Origin: Candidatus Pacebacteria bacterium CG2_30_36_39
Lineage (GTDB): Bacteria; Patescibacteriota; Microgenomatia; UBA1400; PJMF01
Assembly: GCA_001873435.1 (NCBI GenBank)
Contig: MNZB01000002.1
Coordinates: forward strand, 129,620 to 193,619
Length of the DNA: 64,000 nucleotides
Direction: 5' to 3'
The translations under genes were made by a program, and so were the position numbers. Shown here piece by piece: positions 38,513 to 47,380 of the stretch. The notes under the pieces were generated by a model. That model had not been told where the DNA came from and did not search any database. It was given only the letters and a program-made list of their open reading frames with translations. Position 1 is the first letter of the stretch, and each line of letters opens with the position of its first letter.

Positions 38513-39375
38513 TGAAAAAAACAAAGATAAGACCAGGTGTTTCAGCAATAATTCCTTCATATAAAGGTAGACATTTGATGGAGAAATACCTTTCTGCCCT
38601 ATTTGATAATTTAGAAAATAATGATGAACTAATTGTAGTGGAAGATACTGGGCCAGACGACACAGTACCTTGGATGAAAAAAGAATTTAAGATGAAAAGT
38701 GTCGAAGCCCCATTTGCTGGAGTAGATGCTTACAATGGTAGTTATAAAAAAGGAAATAAAAATATCTCTGTGACCTTGCTTTTTAATCAAGAGAATCAAC
38801 GTTTTGGTGAAACTTCGAATCGAGGAGTTAGAGCTGCTAAGCATAATCTAATTTTTTTGCTTAATAATGACGTTGCTCCTCATCAAAATTGTTTAAAACA
38901 CTTGGTTCCATATTTTGAAGATGACACGGTTTTTGCTGTTGGACCATTGGAAATTGAGCATGGCGAGAAAAAAGGTAAGAATAAAATTTGGTTTGAAAGA
39001 GGTATGTTTATTCATTCTGCTGGTGATGATTTGAAGAGCGGATCAACTGCCTGGGTAAGTGGTGGTAGTGGTTTGTTTGATAAGAAAAAATGGCTAGAAA
39101 TTGGTGGCTTTGATCATTTATTTTATCCAGCTTATTGGGAGGATATTGATCTTTCTTTCCAGGCTAGAAAACGAGGCTGGAAAGTTTTATTTGAAGAAAA
39201 AGCAATCGTTGATCATAATCATGAAACTACTAATGCTTCAGTTTTTGGTAAAAGAAAAATGGATCAAATGAGCTGGCATAATGCTAATAAATTTGTTTGG
39301 AAAAATGCAAATTTTTGGCAAAAAATTGCTCACATCCTATGGAAACCATATTGGATTTTGGTTTTAAATAAATGA
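38509..39375 (+). CDS. GT2 glycosyltransferase
   Basis: 'VSAIIPSYKGRHLMEKYLSAL'. 'LLNNDVAP'. 'WLEIGGFDHLFYPAYWEDIDLSFQARKRGWKV'. Confidence 0.65.
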   Translation: MMKKTKIRPGVSAIIPSYKGRHLMEKYLSALFDNLENNDELIVVEDTGPDDTVPWMKKEFKMKSVEAPFAGVDAYNGSYKKGNKNISVTLLFNQENQRFGETSNRGVRAAKHNLIFLLNNDVAPHQNCLKHLVPYFEDDTVFAVGPLEIEHGEKKGKNKIWFERGMFIHSAGDDLKSGSTAWVSGGSGLFDKKKWLEIGGFDHLFYPAYWEDIDLSFQARKRGWKVLFEEKAIVDHNHETTNASVFGKRKMDQMSWHNANKFVWKNANFWQKIAHILWKPYWILVLNK

Positions 39376-40967
39376 ATAAATTTGAAACTTTTAAATGTTC
39401 ATTGAGTGCGAAGAGTTTTCTACTGTTAACTTTATTGATTTTATTAATTGCCACTTCATTGCGTTTTTATGAACTAGGCAATATTCCTCACGGCATGACC
39501 TGGGATGAGGCAGCTATTGGTTATAATGGTTACGCTATTTTTACTACTCGTAGAGACGAATGGTTAAAAAGATTACCTATCTCTTTTTGGTCTTTTGGAG
39601 ACTATAAAGCACCATTTGCTATTTATTTAAATGGCCTATTTACTTTTTTATTTGGCATGAACTTATGGGCTGTCAGATTTCCTTTCGCTGTATCTGGGGT
39701 ATTATCTGTTCTAGGCCTAATATTATTTGTTAAACAATTTTTAATTGATGAAGAACACATAGAAGAAGAAACTGCCCGTTTTTGGGCTATCGTAGCTGGT
39801 GGATTTTTAACCTTTTCTCCATGGCATTTGCATTTTTCCAGAGCTGGATTTGAATCTGGAATGGCTCTAATGTTTTTAATTTGGGGCCTATATTTTTGGC
39901 AACGCTATTGGAACAATCAAAAACTTTGGCTGGTTCTGAGTGGTATTAGTTTTATTTTAGCGATCTACACTTACCATAGTGCCAAAATAACTATTCCTCT
40001 TCTAATTTTAATTTTAGTTTGGCAAAAAAGAAAAAAAATATTATCTAATTTAAAACAAATTATTATGGCTGGTTTGATAGCTGGAGGATTATTGACTCCT
40101 TTTATTTATGATTCTATTTTTGGCATGGGCTTACAAAGAGCTGGAACACTAGTTTTTTCTCAAGGCTTGAATATTTTTGTTTTGTGCAAAACCATTATTT
40201 TTCAAACCATAACTCACTTAAGTCCTAAGTTTTTATTTTTTGGAGAAACTACTACTCTAAGACACGGTGATGGGCATTGGGGAGTCTTATTAATAACAAC
40301 TGGTATTTTGGGTTTGGTGGCAATTTTTAAGTTTTTAATTAAACATAAAAAATCTCCACTTTTTTCATTAAGCACGGTTCTAATTGTTACTGGTTTATTA
40401 CCAGCGATACTTGGTACAGAAGTGCCTCACAGCAACCGTGCTTTATTAGCTTTGCCTGGGTTTTTATTATTGGCTGTTGTTGGTTTAAGAGAACTAGCTT
40501 GTTTTACTAATCCTATTATTCAGAGATCTATTTTGGGGAGTTTTTTATTATTCCATAGTTTATTGGCTATAGCTTATTTGCATGACTATTACACTATTTT
40601 TGCTAGAGAAAGTGCTACTGCATTTCAAGATGGATATTTGGAGGCTTTTACTTACTTAATTCCATTTGAAAAAGGCCAGAATGGTAATAATCAAGTTGAT
40701 AAGATTGTCTTTAGTAGTGATTATGGCCAACCATATATTTATGCATTATTTGCAAGAAAAACCAATCCCATTTGGTACCAAGGTGGTTCGCTAATTCGTT
40801 ATGAATTCAAAGATGAAGTTACCATCGGAGACTTAGAGCGAGAAAACACCATTGTAGTAGCTAGTAATAAAGATGATTTACTTGGTAAAAATGATAAAGC
40901 TGACAAAATAATTTATGGTAGTGATGGTTCAGAGAGATTTCGTATATATTTAAATCTGACTAAATGA
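39372..40967 (+). CDS. GT39/ArnT/PMT-like GT-C membrane glycosyltransferase, paralog C (531 aa)
   Basis: 'GMTWDEAAIGYNGYAIFTTRRDEWLKRLPISFWSFGDYKAPFAIY'. Confidence 0.65.
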   Translation: MNKFETFKCSLSAKSFLLLTLLILLIATSLRFYELGNIPHGMTWDEAAIGYNGYAIFTTRRDEWLKRLPISFWSFGDYKAPFAIYLNGLFTFLFGMNLWAVRFPFAVSGVLSVLGLILFVKQFLIDEEHIEEETARFWAIVAGGFLTFSPWHLHFSRAGFESGMALMFLIWGLYFWQRYWNNQKLWLVLSGISFILAIYTYHSAKITIPLLILILVWQKRKKILSNLKQIIMAGLIAGGLLTPFIYDSIFGMGLQRAGTLVFSQGLNIFVLCKTIIFQTITHLSPKFLFFGETTTLRHGDGHWGVLLITTGILGLVAIFKFLIKHKKSPLFSLSTVLIVTGLLPAILGTEVPHSNRALLALPGFLLLAVVGLRELACFTNPIIQRSILGSFLLFHSLLAIAYLHDYYTIFARESATAFQDGYLEAFTYLIPFEKGQNGNNQVDKIVFSSDYGQPYIYALFARKTNPIWYQGGSLIRYEFKDEVTIGDLERENTIVVASNKDDLLGKNDKADKIIYGSDGSERFRIYLNLTK

Positions 40968-42664
40968 AAAAAACTTTATTTATTTTTTTGATCGGCATCA
41001 TTACTTTCTTTGCTTTTGCAATTAGAGTTTTTCAACTTGAAAAATCACCACCAGCTCCATATTGGGAAGAAGTTGCTTTGGGTTATGATGCCTATTCAAT
41101 TTTGAAGACAGGCGAGGATCATCATGGCAATTCATGGCCGATTGTAGCTTTTGAATCTTTTGGTGATTGGAAGCCAAGCGGTTATTTTTATGCTTTGTTA
41201 CCTGCTATAGCATTGTTTGATTTAACTGTTTTTGCAGTACGCCTACCATCTGTATTGGCAGGGACTGGGATAGTGTTTTTAATTGGTTGGTTAATTTATC
41301 AGTGGCTAAACAATGTTAACGAGAAAAAAAGGTTTTTAATAAGTTTGAGTGGAATGTTTTTGGCTGCAATATCTCCATGGTTAATTCAATTTTCTCGGGC
41401 TGGTTGGGAAGTGAATTTGGCTACTTTTTTAATTCTCTTTGGAATTTGCACTGGTTGGGCCAGTGTTAAAAATTTAAAAGAAAAAAACACTTCTTTTATA
41501 CTTATCCTTTTGGCTTTAATTTCAATGATTTTATCAATGTATGCTTATCATGCCGCCAGAGTAATTGCTCCTGTTTTAGGTTTATTTTTGGGTGCTAGAT
41601 ATTTTTTATCCACCCTAAAAACTGAGCATAGTAAAATTTTTCTAAAAACAAGTATTTTATTTGTTATTGGGCTAATGCTTTTAACGCCTCTAATTAAATC
41701 TTGGGGGTCTCCAGTTTTAAGTCAAAGAATGGCTGAAACAACAATTTTTTCTAATATTACCATTATCGAACAAAGTAATTATTTTATTGGGTTACACGAA
41801 AATACTTGGTGGGCAAAGTTAGTTTATCATCGTTATTTTTTCTATCTAAGAACTATTGTTGAACAGTTTTTAGTTCATTTTAGAATTGATTTCTTGTTTG
41901 GGTCTGGAGATGCTATTGCTAGACATTCGTCTCAATATTTTGGTTTGTTTTATCCTTTTGAAATTATTTCTATTTTGGTTGGTACTTGGTTTATCATTAA
42001 AAACTTTAGTAAAGATAAAAGAAGTTTTATGTGGTTATGGTTAGTAATTGGTATCATTCCTGCTGCAATATCAAATCCAGTACCTCATGCTCTGAGAATT
42101 TTGCCCACAGCTCCGCTTTTTATAATTTTAAGTACTATCGGTCTTTGGCAAACTTTGGAATGGTTAAATGAACTGCCTTGTTTAATAAAACAACTTAAAA
42201 ACTTACGTCCTTATATTTTTACCTCTATCATTTTCTTGGTATATCTAACTAGTTTCATAGCTTTTTATCGCCATTTATTACTTGTTTATCCAGCTAGATT
42301 TTCTCAAGAATGGCAGGGTGGTTATGAACAAATGATCGCTGAACTTAATTTATTTAAACAACAAAACCCGCAGTTACCGATCTATATAACTAGAGAACAA
42401 GGTAGGCCGGCGATGTACTACTGGTTTTATAACAAGATAGATCCAACTGTTGTTCAACAAGAGAATTTTATTGTTAAGAAAGACCAGGGAGAGTATTTGG
42501 AGTTTTTAAATCTTCATTTTGTTAATTCGGTTGCAGAAGTAATTCAAACTCCAGCGATTGTTGTAGCCTCTCCTACACAGTGGCAAATGATCGAGCATAA
42601 AGACAATTTGATAAACATTATTTTTTTTGATAATCAAATCTGGCAAATTGGCATTAATCAGTAA
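40964..42664 (+). CDS. GT39/ArnT/PMT-like GT-C membrane glycosyltransferase, paralog D (566 aa)
   Basis: 'PYWEEVALGYDAYSILKTGEDHHGNSWPIVAFESFGDWKPSGYFY'. Confidence 0.65.
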   Translation: MKKTLFIFLIGIITFFAFAIRVFQLEKSPPAPYWEEVALGYDAYSILKTGEDHHGNSWPIVAFESFGDWKPSGYFYALLPAIALFDLTVFAVRLPSVLAGTGIVFLIGWLIYQWLNNVNEKKRFLISLSGMFLAAISPWLIQFSRAGWEVNLATFLILFGICTGWASVKNLKEKNTSFILILLALISMILSMYAYHAARVIAPVLGLFLGARYFLSTLKTEHSKIFLKTSILFVIGLMLLTPLIKSWGSPVLSQRMAETTIFSNITIIEQSNYFIGLHENTWWAKLVYHRYFFYLRTIVEQFLVHFRIDFLFGSGDAIARHSSQYFGLFYPFEIISILVGTWFIIKNFSKDKRSFMWLWLVIGIIPAAISNPVPHALRILPTAPLFIILSTIGLWQTLEWLNELPCLIKQLKNLRPYIFTSIIFLVYLTSFIAFYRHLLLVYPARFSQEWQGGYEQMIAELNLFKQQNPQLPIYITREQGRPAMYYWFYNKIDPTVVQQENFIVKKDQGEYLEFLNLHFVNSVAEVIQTPAIVVASPTQWQMIEHKDNLINIIFFDNQIWQIGINQ

Positions 42665-42727
42665 CTTTTCGTTATTTTTTTGTATGAGATATAATATGAC
42701 CTAGTTATATTATTTTGGAGTAAATAA

Positions 42728-43039
42728 ATGGCAGAAAAAAAACAGTTATTAGCAAGAGAAATTGAAGAAAGATCAAAGCCTTTTTTAGATGAACTAAAGA
42801 AGCGTGGCATGGAAAATGAAGCTGCTAATATCACTGAATGGATTAGAAAAGTTGCTACTGAAAACATGAATACTGTTTCTCATATGTTGTATTTATTGCT
42901 ACAAAACAAAATGTTTAATGAAATCGAAGATGAACAAGGTGAGCCAGCTGAAGCTTTAATGTTTCTTTTTAATTTAATGAGAGACGCTTGGACTTTAAAT
43001 GTGAGATTGGAAATGTTAGTAGAGGAATTAAAAAAATGA
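42728..43039 (+). CDS. small acidic helical protein (103 aa), hypothetical
   Basis: ORF preceded by an 'ttggag' RBS-like sequence. Its stop overlaps the next start in an ATGA arrangement at 43036-43039. Confidence 0.4.
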   Translation: MAEKKQLLAREIEERSKPFLDELKKRGMENEAANITEWIRKVATENMNTVSHMLYLLLQNKMFNEIEDEQGEPAEALMFLFNLMRDAWTLNVRLEMLVEELKK

Positions 43040-43281
43040 TTTTACTTGAAACCAAAACCAATGCTTTAGTTGAAAGCTTACAAGATGAGCAGATGAAGGC
43101 AAATATCTTGCAATATTTGTGGTGGATCACGGAAAAAGGTAGTGTTGAGGCATTGGATGAGTTTTTAAATTTTCTAGAAGTCGAAGATGTTAAAAATATT
43201 CTCATGGAAATTGATCCTAATTTATTTTTTGAAGTGATTTTACTGGCAGAGGAAATGCAAAGAGATTCTTTAAAAAGATAA
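43036..43281 (+). CDS. small acidic helical protein (81 aa), possible tandem paralog of 42728. The track ORF 42988-43281 uses an upstream Met that is unlikely.
   Basis: 'gaggaa' lies 8 nt before the ATG at 43036. ATGA overlap with the upstream stop. Similar composition and helical heptads to the upstream protein. Confidence 0.4.
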   Translation: MILLETKTNALVESLQDEQMKANILQYLWWITEKGSVEALDEFLNFLEVEDVKNILMEIDPNLFFEVILLAEEMQRDSLKR

Positions 43282-43282
43282 A

Positions 43283-43312
43283 AAAAGAGCGAGGGGTTGC
43301 CTCGCTCTAGTT
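43283..43312. terminator. bidirectional terminator hairpin between convergent genes
   Basis: 'aaaaaagagcgaggggttgcctcgctctag' has stem gagcgagg/cctcgctc with loop ggtt and an A-run on the 5' side. Confidence 0.55.
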
Positions 43313-43320
43313 GTGGTTGC

Positions 43321-43677
43321 CTAAACTTTGAGACCTGGTTTTCTTGTATTGAGTAACCCGCGTGGGATTGCCCAATAAGCCAAAACTTTACCAAGTTCCT
43401 TGCCCAGAGTCAGTTCGTTGATCGCATATTCAAAATCATTTTTCCAAGGAAGAGCTTGAAGTTCTTCCCAGGTATAGATCCTGATATTAATCCATCTGAA
43501 GGCAGAGAGTTTTCTTTCCTCTACATTTTTTCGGATTATTGCGCCAAGCTCGCTGTCGCAGACAATGAAAATGCTGTTAAAGCGAGTGTCAAAAAGACCA
43601 GGGTAAAAAATCAAGGCTTTGAGTTTCTTGACATTGATACCAAGTTGTTCAGCAACCATCTCTCTAGTTATTACCAT
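43321..43677 (-). CDS. hypothetical protein (118 aa)
   Basis: ORF only. N-terminal 'ITREMVAEQLGINVKKLKAL' could be helix-turn-helix-like. Confidence 0.35.
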   Translation of the reverse strand: MVITREMVAEQLGINVKKLKALIFYPGLFDTRFNSIFIVCDSELGAIIRKNVEERKLSAFRWINIRIYTWEELQALPWKNDFEYAINELTLGKELGKVLAYWAIPRGLLNTRKPGLKV

Positions 43678-43834
43678 TTTTACTCTCCTTCCAGCTTGCC
43701 CCGCGATGGGACAGCTGACTAAGCGGATTGAAACTAAAAAGATAGAACTAGTATTATATCATAATATTATAAGACGTTTGAAATTGGGTGTATACTATTT
43801 GCTAGTGTTAACCTGCCAAAGAAAGGGAGGGTTT

Positions 43835-44188
43835 ATGCCTTCTGAAGAACAAGGGTTAAGAAGTGTGGCTGAAGCTATTGCTAAAGCGATGCGAGAAAAA
43901 GGACTTGAGCCTCAAGCCGAGTCGATGATGTCTATGGTGGACAAGGCTGAAGAACTAGATCCAATGATGATTGTTTATTTGAATAATTTTCTTTATCGAA
44001 ATGAGCTAAAAGCTGTAAAGGAAGACGAAAGTACCAAAGAAGCTTTCAAATTACTTCAATCTATTGTTGCTGGCATGATGGCTGAAATTGTTGAGCATCT
44101 TGACCATATTTTGTTGACTGAGGAAAATCCAGCTGAGGGTTTGTCTGCTGCAGCCAATGCTGTATTAGAGCGAAATCATCGCTCGTAA
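43835..44188 (+). CDS. hypothetical acidic helical protein (117 aa). The track ORF 43619-44188 probably uses a spurious upstream Met.
   Basis: 'aagggagg' RBS lies 6 nt before the ATG at 43835 ('MPSEEQGLRS...'). The upstream 72 codons of the track ORF overlap the minus-strand gene. Confidence 0.4.
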   Translation: MPSEEQGLRSVAEAIAKAMREKGLEPQAESMMSMVDKAEELDPMMIVYLNNFLYRNELKAVKEDESTKEAFKLLQSIVAGMMAEIVEHLDHILLTEENPAEGLSAAANAVLERNHRS

Positions 44189-44190
44189 GA

Positions 44191-44219
44191 TTGACATATT
44201 ATAGGACTTATTGTAGAAT
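44191..44219 (+). promoter_or_regulatory. consensus sigma70-type promoter: TTGACA, 17 nt, TAGAAT
   Basis: Read directly. TTGACA at 44191-44196, 17-nt spacer, TAGAAT at 44214-44219. Followed by a leader of about 160 nt before the GTG start at 44387. Confidence 0.45.
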
Positions 44220-44386
44220 GGGGGATTCGCTTTCATCAAGTGAAGACCCCATTTTTGCGTCTGAAACTTGAAATAGCGAGAGTCCTTTAACAAGACGAGA
44301 AAGTGTAAATCTTGTCAAGATAGATACCACTGAAATGGTGTCTATCATGGGCAAGATTTGCTCATGTCACAATAAAAGGAAATACC

Positions 44387-45460
44387 GTGTTACGTTTTAA
44401 CAAATTTCTGTCCTTTGGGCTGTTGGTTGTCCTTATGGTTTTGCCGGCTTGTTCGCTGAGCAATCCTTTGGCAACTCCAGCCTCTACCGCTACCGTGGAG
44501 TCAGTAACGCCTACAAATGCGCCTCTGCCTACTACGGATCAACCGCTTGCAACTAAGTTTGCTCCAACTTCAACGTTGGTGCCGACTAAGTCTGCAACGC
44601 TGACCACAACACCACAAGTATATTCATTCAGTTACTTCAACAGTCTCCAGCAGTATGGCGATGTAACCATCTATAACCACCATGGTTATACGGTTATCAA
44701 TCCGCCATATTATTCGTTGATCATCCCTGGCGTAAGCCATATGCAACGAATGAGTATGCTCCATTTGCCCATTACATCATCAATTGAGGATGCCAAGGCA
44801 GTTGCCGAAGAGCTTTTTCCAGGGAGTGAAATCTACTGGTCTGGGCTTGAAATTGATGGCGACTTGCCAGAGGGCATGATGCGTGGACTGCCGGAAAATT
44901 GGCAGTATGGAAAAACCCCGATGTCATCGTGGACTTCCATTGCAGTTAACGAGAAAATTGATTGGACTCAGGAATGGGTCTCAGTCAAAGGTATCGTTGA
45001 TAAAGCACGCAAGGATGGCGTTCCTGCAGAATCAATCACTCTGAAATACAATCAATTCGGCTACTTTTTCGTGAAGTGCGCCGAAGGGTCTGAAACTGAC
45101 CAGGTTTACCCTGGCATTGACCCAAGTGAGGGATTCGTTTTTCAAAACTTTGTGATGCCTGGAGAAACGATTAACTTCGACTCCATGTGTCCGAAGGCGG
45201 TGATGACTGGCTCAGGCCATATCTTCACTGGGCTGAAAGGTACCACTCGCACTGAAAAACAAGCTTTCACCATCGCTCTTGCCAATGCCTTCTTGGAAAA
45301 GCTGTATAGCTATCAAGATGGTAATGGTAAGCCGATCGGGATGTGCTTGCTTCAATCAGAGCTGGGCGGCGCCTCAAATGCCAAGCGAATCTGGTTCGGC
45401 GACATGATGTATGCTCCTTATGGTTTCCTGCCTCCGCTGGAAGCCTGGACAACGAAGTAA
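44387..45460 (+). CDS. lipoprotein of unknown function (357 aa) encoded in a locally G+C-rich island
   Basis: GTG start. Signal peptide plus lipobox 'LVVLMVLPAC|SLSN'. Thr/Pro/Ala-rich linker, then a globular domain. Composition is far more G+C-rich than the flanking genes. Confidence 0.55.
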   Translation: MLRFNKFLSFGLLVVLMVLPACSLSNPLATPASTATVESVTPTNAPLPTTDQPLATKFAPTSTLVPTKSATLTTTPQVYSFSYFNSLQQYGDVTIYNHHGYTVINPPYYSLIIPGVSHMQRMSMLHLPITSSIEDAKAVAEELFPGSEIYWSGLEIDGDLPEGMMRGLPENWQYGKTPMSSWTSIAVNEKIDWTQEWVSVKGIVDKARKDGVPAESITLKYNQFGYFFVKCAEGSETDQVYPGIDPSEGFVFQNFVMPGETINFDSMCPKAVMTGSGHIFTGLKGTTRTEKQAFTIALANAFLEKLYSYQDGNGKPIGMCLLQSELGGASNAKRIWFGDMMYAPYGFLPPLEAWTTK

Positions 45461-45468
45461 TAAAACAG

Positions 45469-45495
45469 GAGGGCGGGTAGAAATTACCCGCCCTC
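45469..45495. terminator. strong GC-rich hairpin after the lipoprotein gene
   Basis: Stem gagggcgggta (45469-45479) pairs with tacccgccctc (45485-45495). Loop gaaat. No clear U-tract follows. Confidence 0.4.
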
Positions 45496-45595
45496 TCATG
45501 GATATTAACTTCGGACATGAAAAGACTTTCTCGTCTTAAACCTTTTTTTCTTAACCCTTTCTCAAGATTAAAGCACCAGGTATAATCATTTTTAT

Positions 45596-47362
45596 ATGGT
45601 GGTGGATTTACTCAATAAACAAATAACTTTAATTCTCAAAGAGCTTGGTATTGCTAATCCACAACTCAATTTTGAGCATCCTGCTGACGAAAATCACGGT
45701 GACTGGAGTACTAATGCAGCTCTGCAGTATGCTAAGCAACTACCAGATATAAATAACCCTAGAAAATTAGCTGAAATTATCGTTGAAAAATTAAAACCCT
45801 TATTAAAAGATATCCCGGAAATCTGGCAAGTTTCTATTGCTGGACCTGGATTTATCAACTTTTCTTTGGCTAGAGAATATTTCCGTACTGAAATTGTGAA
45901 GATGAGTGAAAAAGCTCCTCAGGAATATTTTGCCAAAAAGGCTAAAGAAAATAAAAACAGAAAAGTAATTGTAGAATATTCTTCTCCAAACATTGCCAAG
46001 CCATTCACCATTGGTCATTTACGCTCAACTATTATTGGTGATGCTGTAGCCAATCTCTATGAAGCTCTTGGCTGGCAAGTTTATCGAGATAATCATCTTG
46101 GCGATTGGGGAACTCAATTCGGTAAATTAATTTATGCAATTAAAACTTGGGGCAACCAAGAAGATATTGATAAATCTAAGCAGCCAATCAAAGAATTAGT
46201 TACTTTATATGTAAAATTTCATGAAGAAGCTGAGAAAAATCCAAATATTGAAGACGATGGAAGAGCTTGGTTTAAAAAGCTTGAAGAAGGTGATGATGAA
46301 GCTCATCAATTATGGCAGTGGTGCATCGATCTTTCATGGAAGGAATTTCAGAGTATTTATGGCGAGCTAGGTATTTCTTTTACAGAAAACAATGGTCGTG
46401 GTTTTGGAGAATCATATTTTGAAGACAAGATGAGTGAAGCTGTTGATTTGTTGGAAACAAAACTTGCTCCAGAAAAAGCCGTAGAGAATGGCGCTCATTA
46501 TGCTGAAGGTGAAGATGGGGCAAAATTAATATTTTTTAATAATGAAGAACTACCACCATTAATGGTAATGAAAAAAGATGGGGCTACTTTATACGCTACG
46601 AGAGACTTTGCAACAGACTATTTCCGTCTTAAGAAATATGACAATCCAGATCTAATTGTTAATGAAGTTGGTGCTGAACAAAGCTTGTATTTTCAACAAT
46701 TATATAAAGTTGAAGAGATATTGGGTTGGTATAAGCCTGGTCAAAGAGTCCATGTTAAGCATGGTCTTTATCGTTTTAAAGATAAAAAAATGTCTACCAG
46801 AAAAGGTAATGTTATTTGGTTGGCTGATGTTATTAGTGAAGCCAAGGAACGTGCTGAAGCTTTATCTCCAGATAAAAAACACATTACTCAAACCATCGCT
46901 ATTGGAGCTTTAAAATGGAATGATTTGCGCAGTGAAACAAATAGAGATATTGTTTTTGATTGGGATGAACTTCTTAGTATGAAAGGAAATTCTGGGCCTT
47001 ATGTGCAGTACGCCACAGTTAGGGCTAAGAGTATTTTGCGTAAAGCTGCTCTAGAAGAATTTTCTCCTGGTTATGGCGATGATGCTTGGAAGATGAATAC
47101 AGAAGAATTGAATTTGGCCAGACACTTAGATAGATTTGTAGAAACTGTGCAATTGGCAGCTAGTGAGTTTGCTCCTCATCATTTAGCTAGCTATTTATTT
47201 GAACTCGCTCAACGATTTAATGTGCTTTATAACACTCATAAAATTGTTACCGCGGAGAACTCAGATGCCAGAGAAAGACGTTGTGTTTTAACTCAAGCTA
47301 CTGTCAAAACTTTAGAGTATGGATTGTCACTCCTTGGTATTCAAACACCAGAGGAAATGTAA
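45596..47362 (+). CDS. argS: arginine--tRNA ligase
   Basis: 'YSSPNIAKPFTIGHLRSTIIGDAVANLY' is the class I HIGH-region variant of ArgS. 'KMSTRKGNVIWL'. 588 aa. 'tataat' at 45578. Confidence 0.9.
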   Translation: MVVDLLNKQITLILKELGIANPQLNFEHPADENHGDWSTNAALQYAKQLPDINNPRKLAEIIVEKLKPLLKDIPEIWQVSIAGPGFINFSLAREYFRTEIVKMSEKAPQEYFAKKAKENKNRKVIVEYSSPNIAKPFTIGHLRSTIIGDAVANLYEALGWQVYRDNHLGDWGTQFGKLIYAIKTWGNQEDIDKSKQPIKELVTLYVKFHEEAEKNPNIEDDGRAWFKKLEEGDDEAHQLWQWCIDLSWKEFQSIYGELGISFTENNGRGFGESYFEDKMSEAVDLLETKLAPEKAVENGAHYAEGEDGAKLIFFNNEELPPLMVMKKDGATLYATRDFATDYFRLKKYDNPDLIVNEVGAEQSLYFQQLYKVEEILGWYKPGQRVHVKHGLYRFKDKKMSTRKGNVIWLADVISEAKERAEALSPDKKHITQTIAIGALKWNDLRSETNRDIVFDWDELLSMKGNSGPYVQYATVRAKSILRKAALEEFSPGYGDDAWKMNTEELNLARHLDRFVETVQLAASEFAPHHLASYLFELAQRFNVLYNTHKIVTAENSDARERRCVLTQATVKTLEYGLSLLGIQTPEEM

Positions 47363-47380
47363 GGGTTTTTCTGCTACCAT

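Noticed and set aside
45463-45471. The 'aaacaggag' 9-mer is shared between the right edge of G+C island 1 and the left inverted repeat of island 2
   Set aside because: It is too short and RBS-like (aggag) to support a common mobile-element end. It is treated as coincidence unless a genome-wide search shows otherwise.
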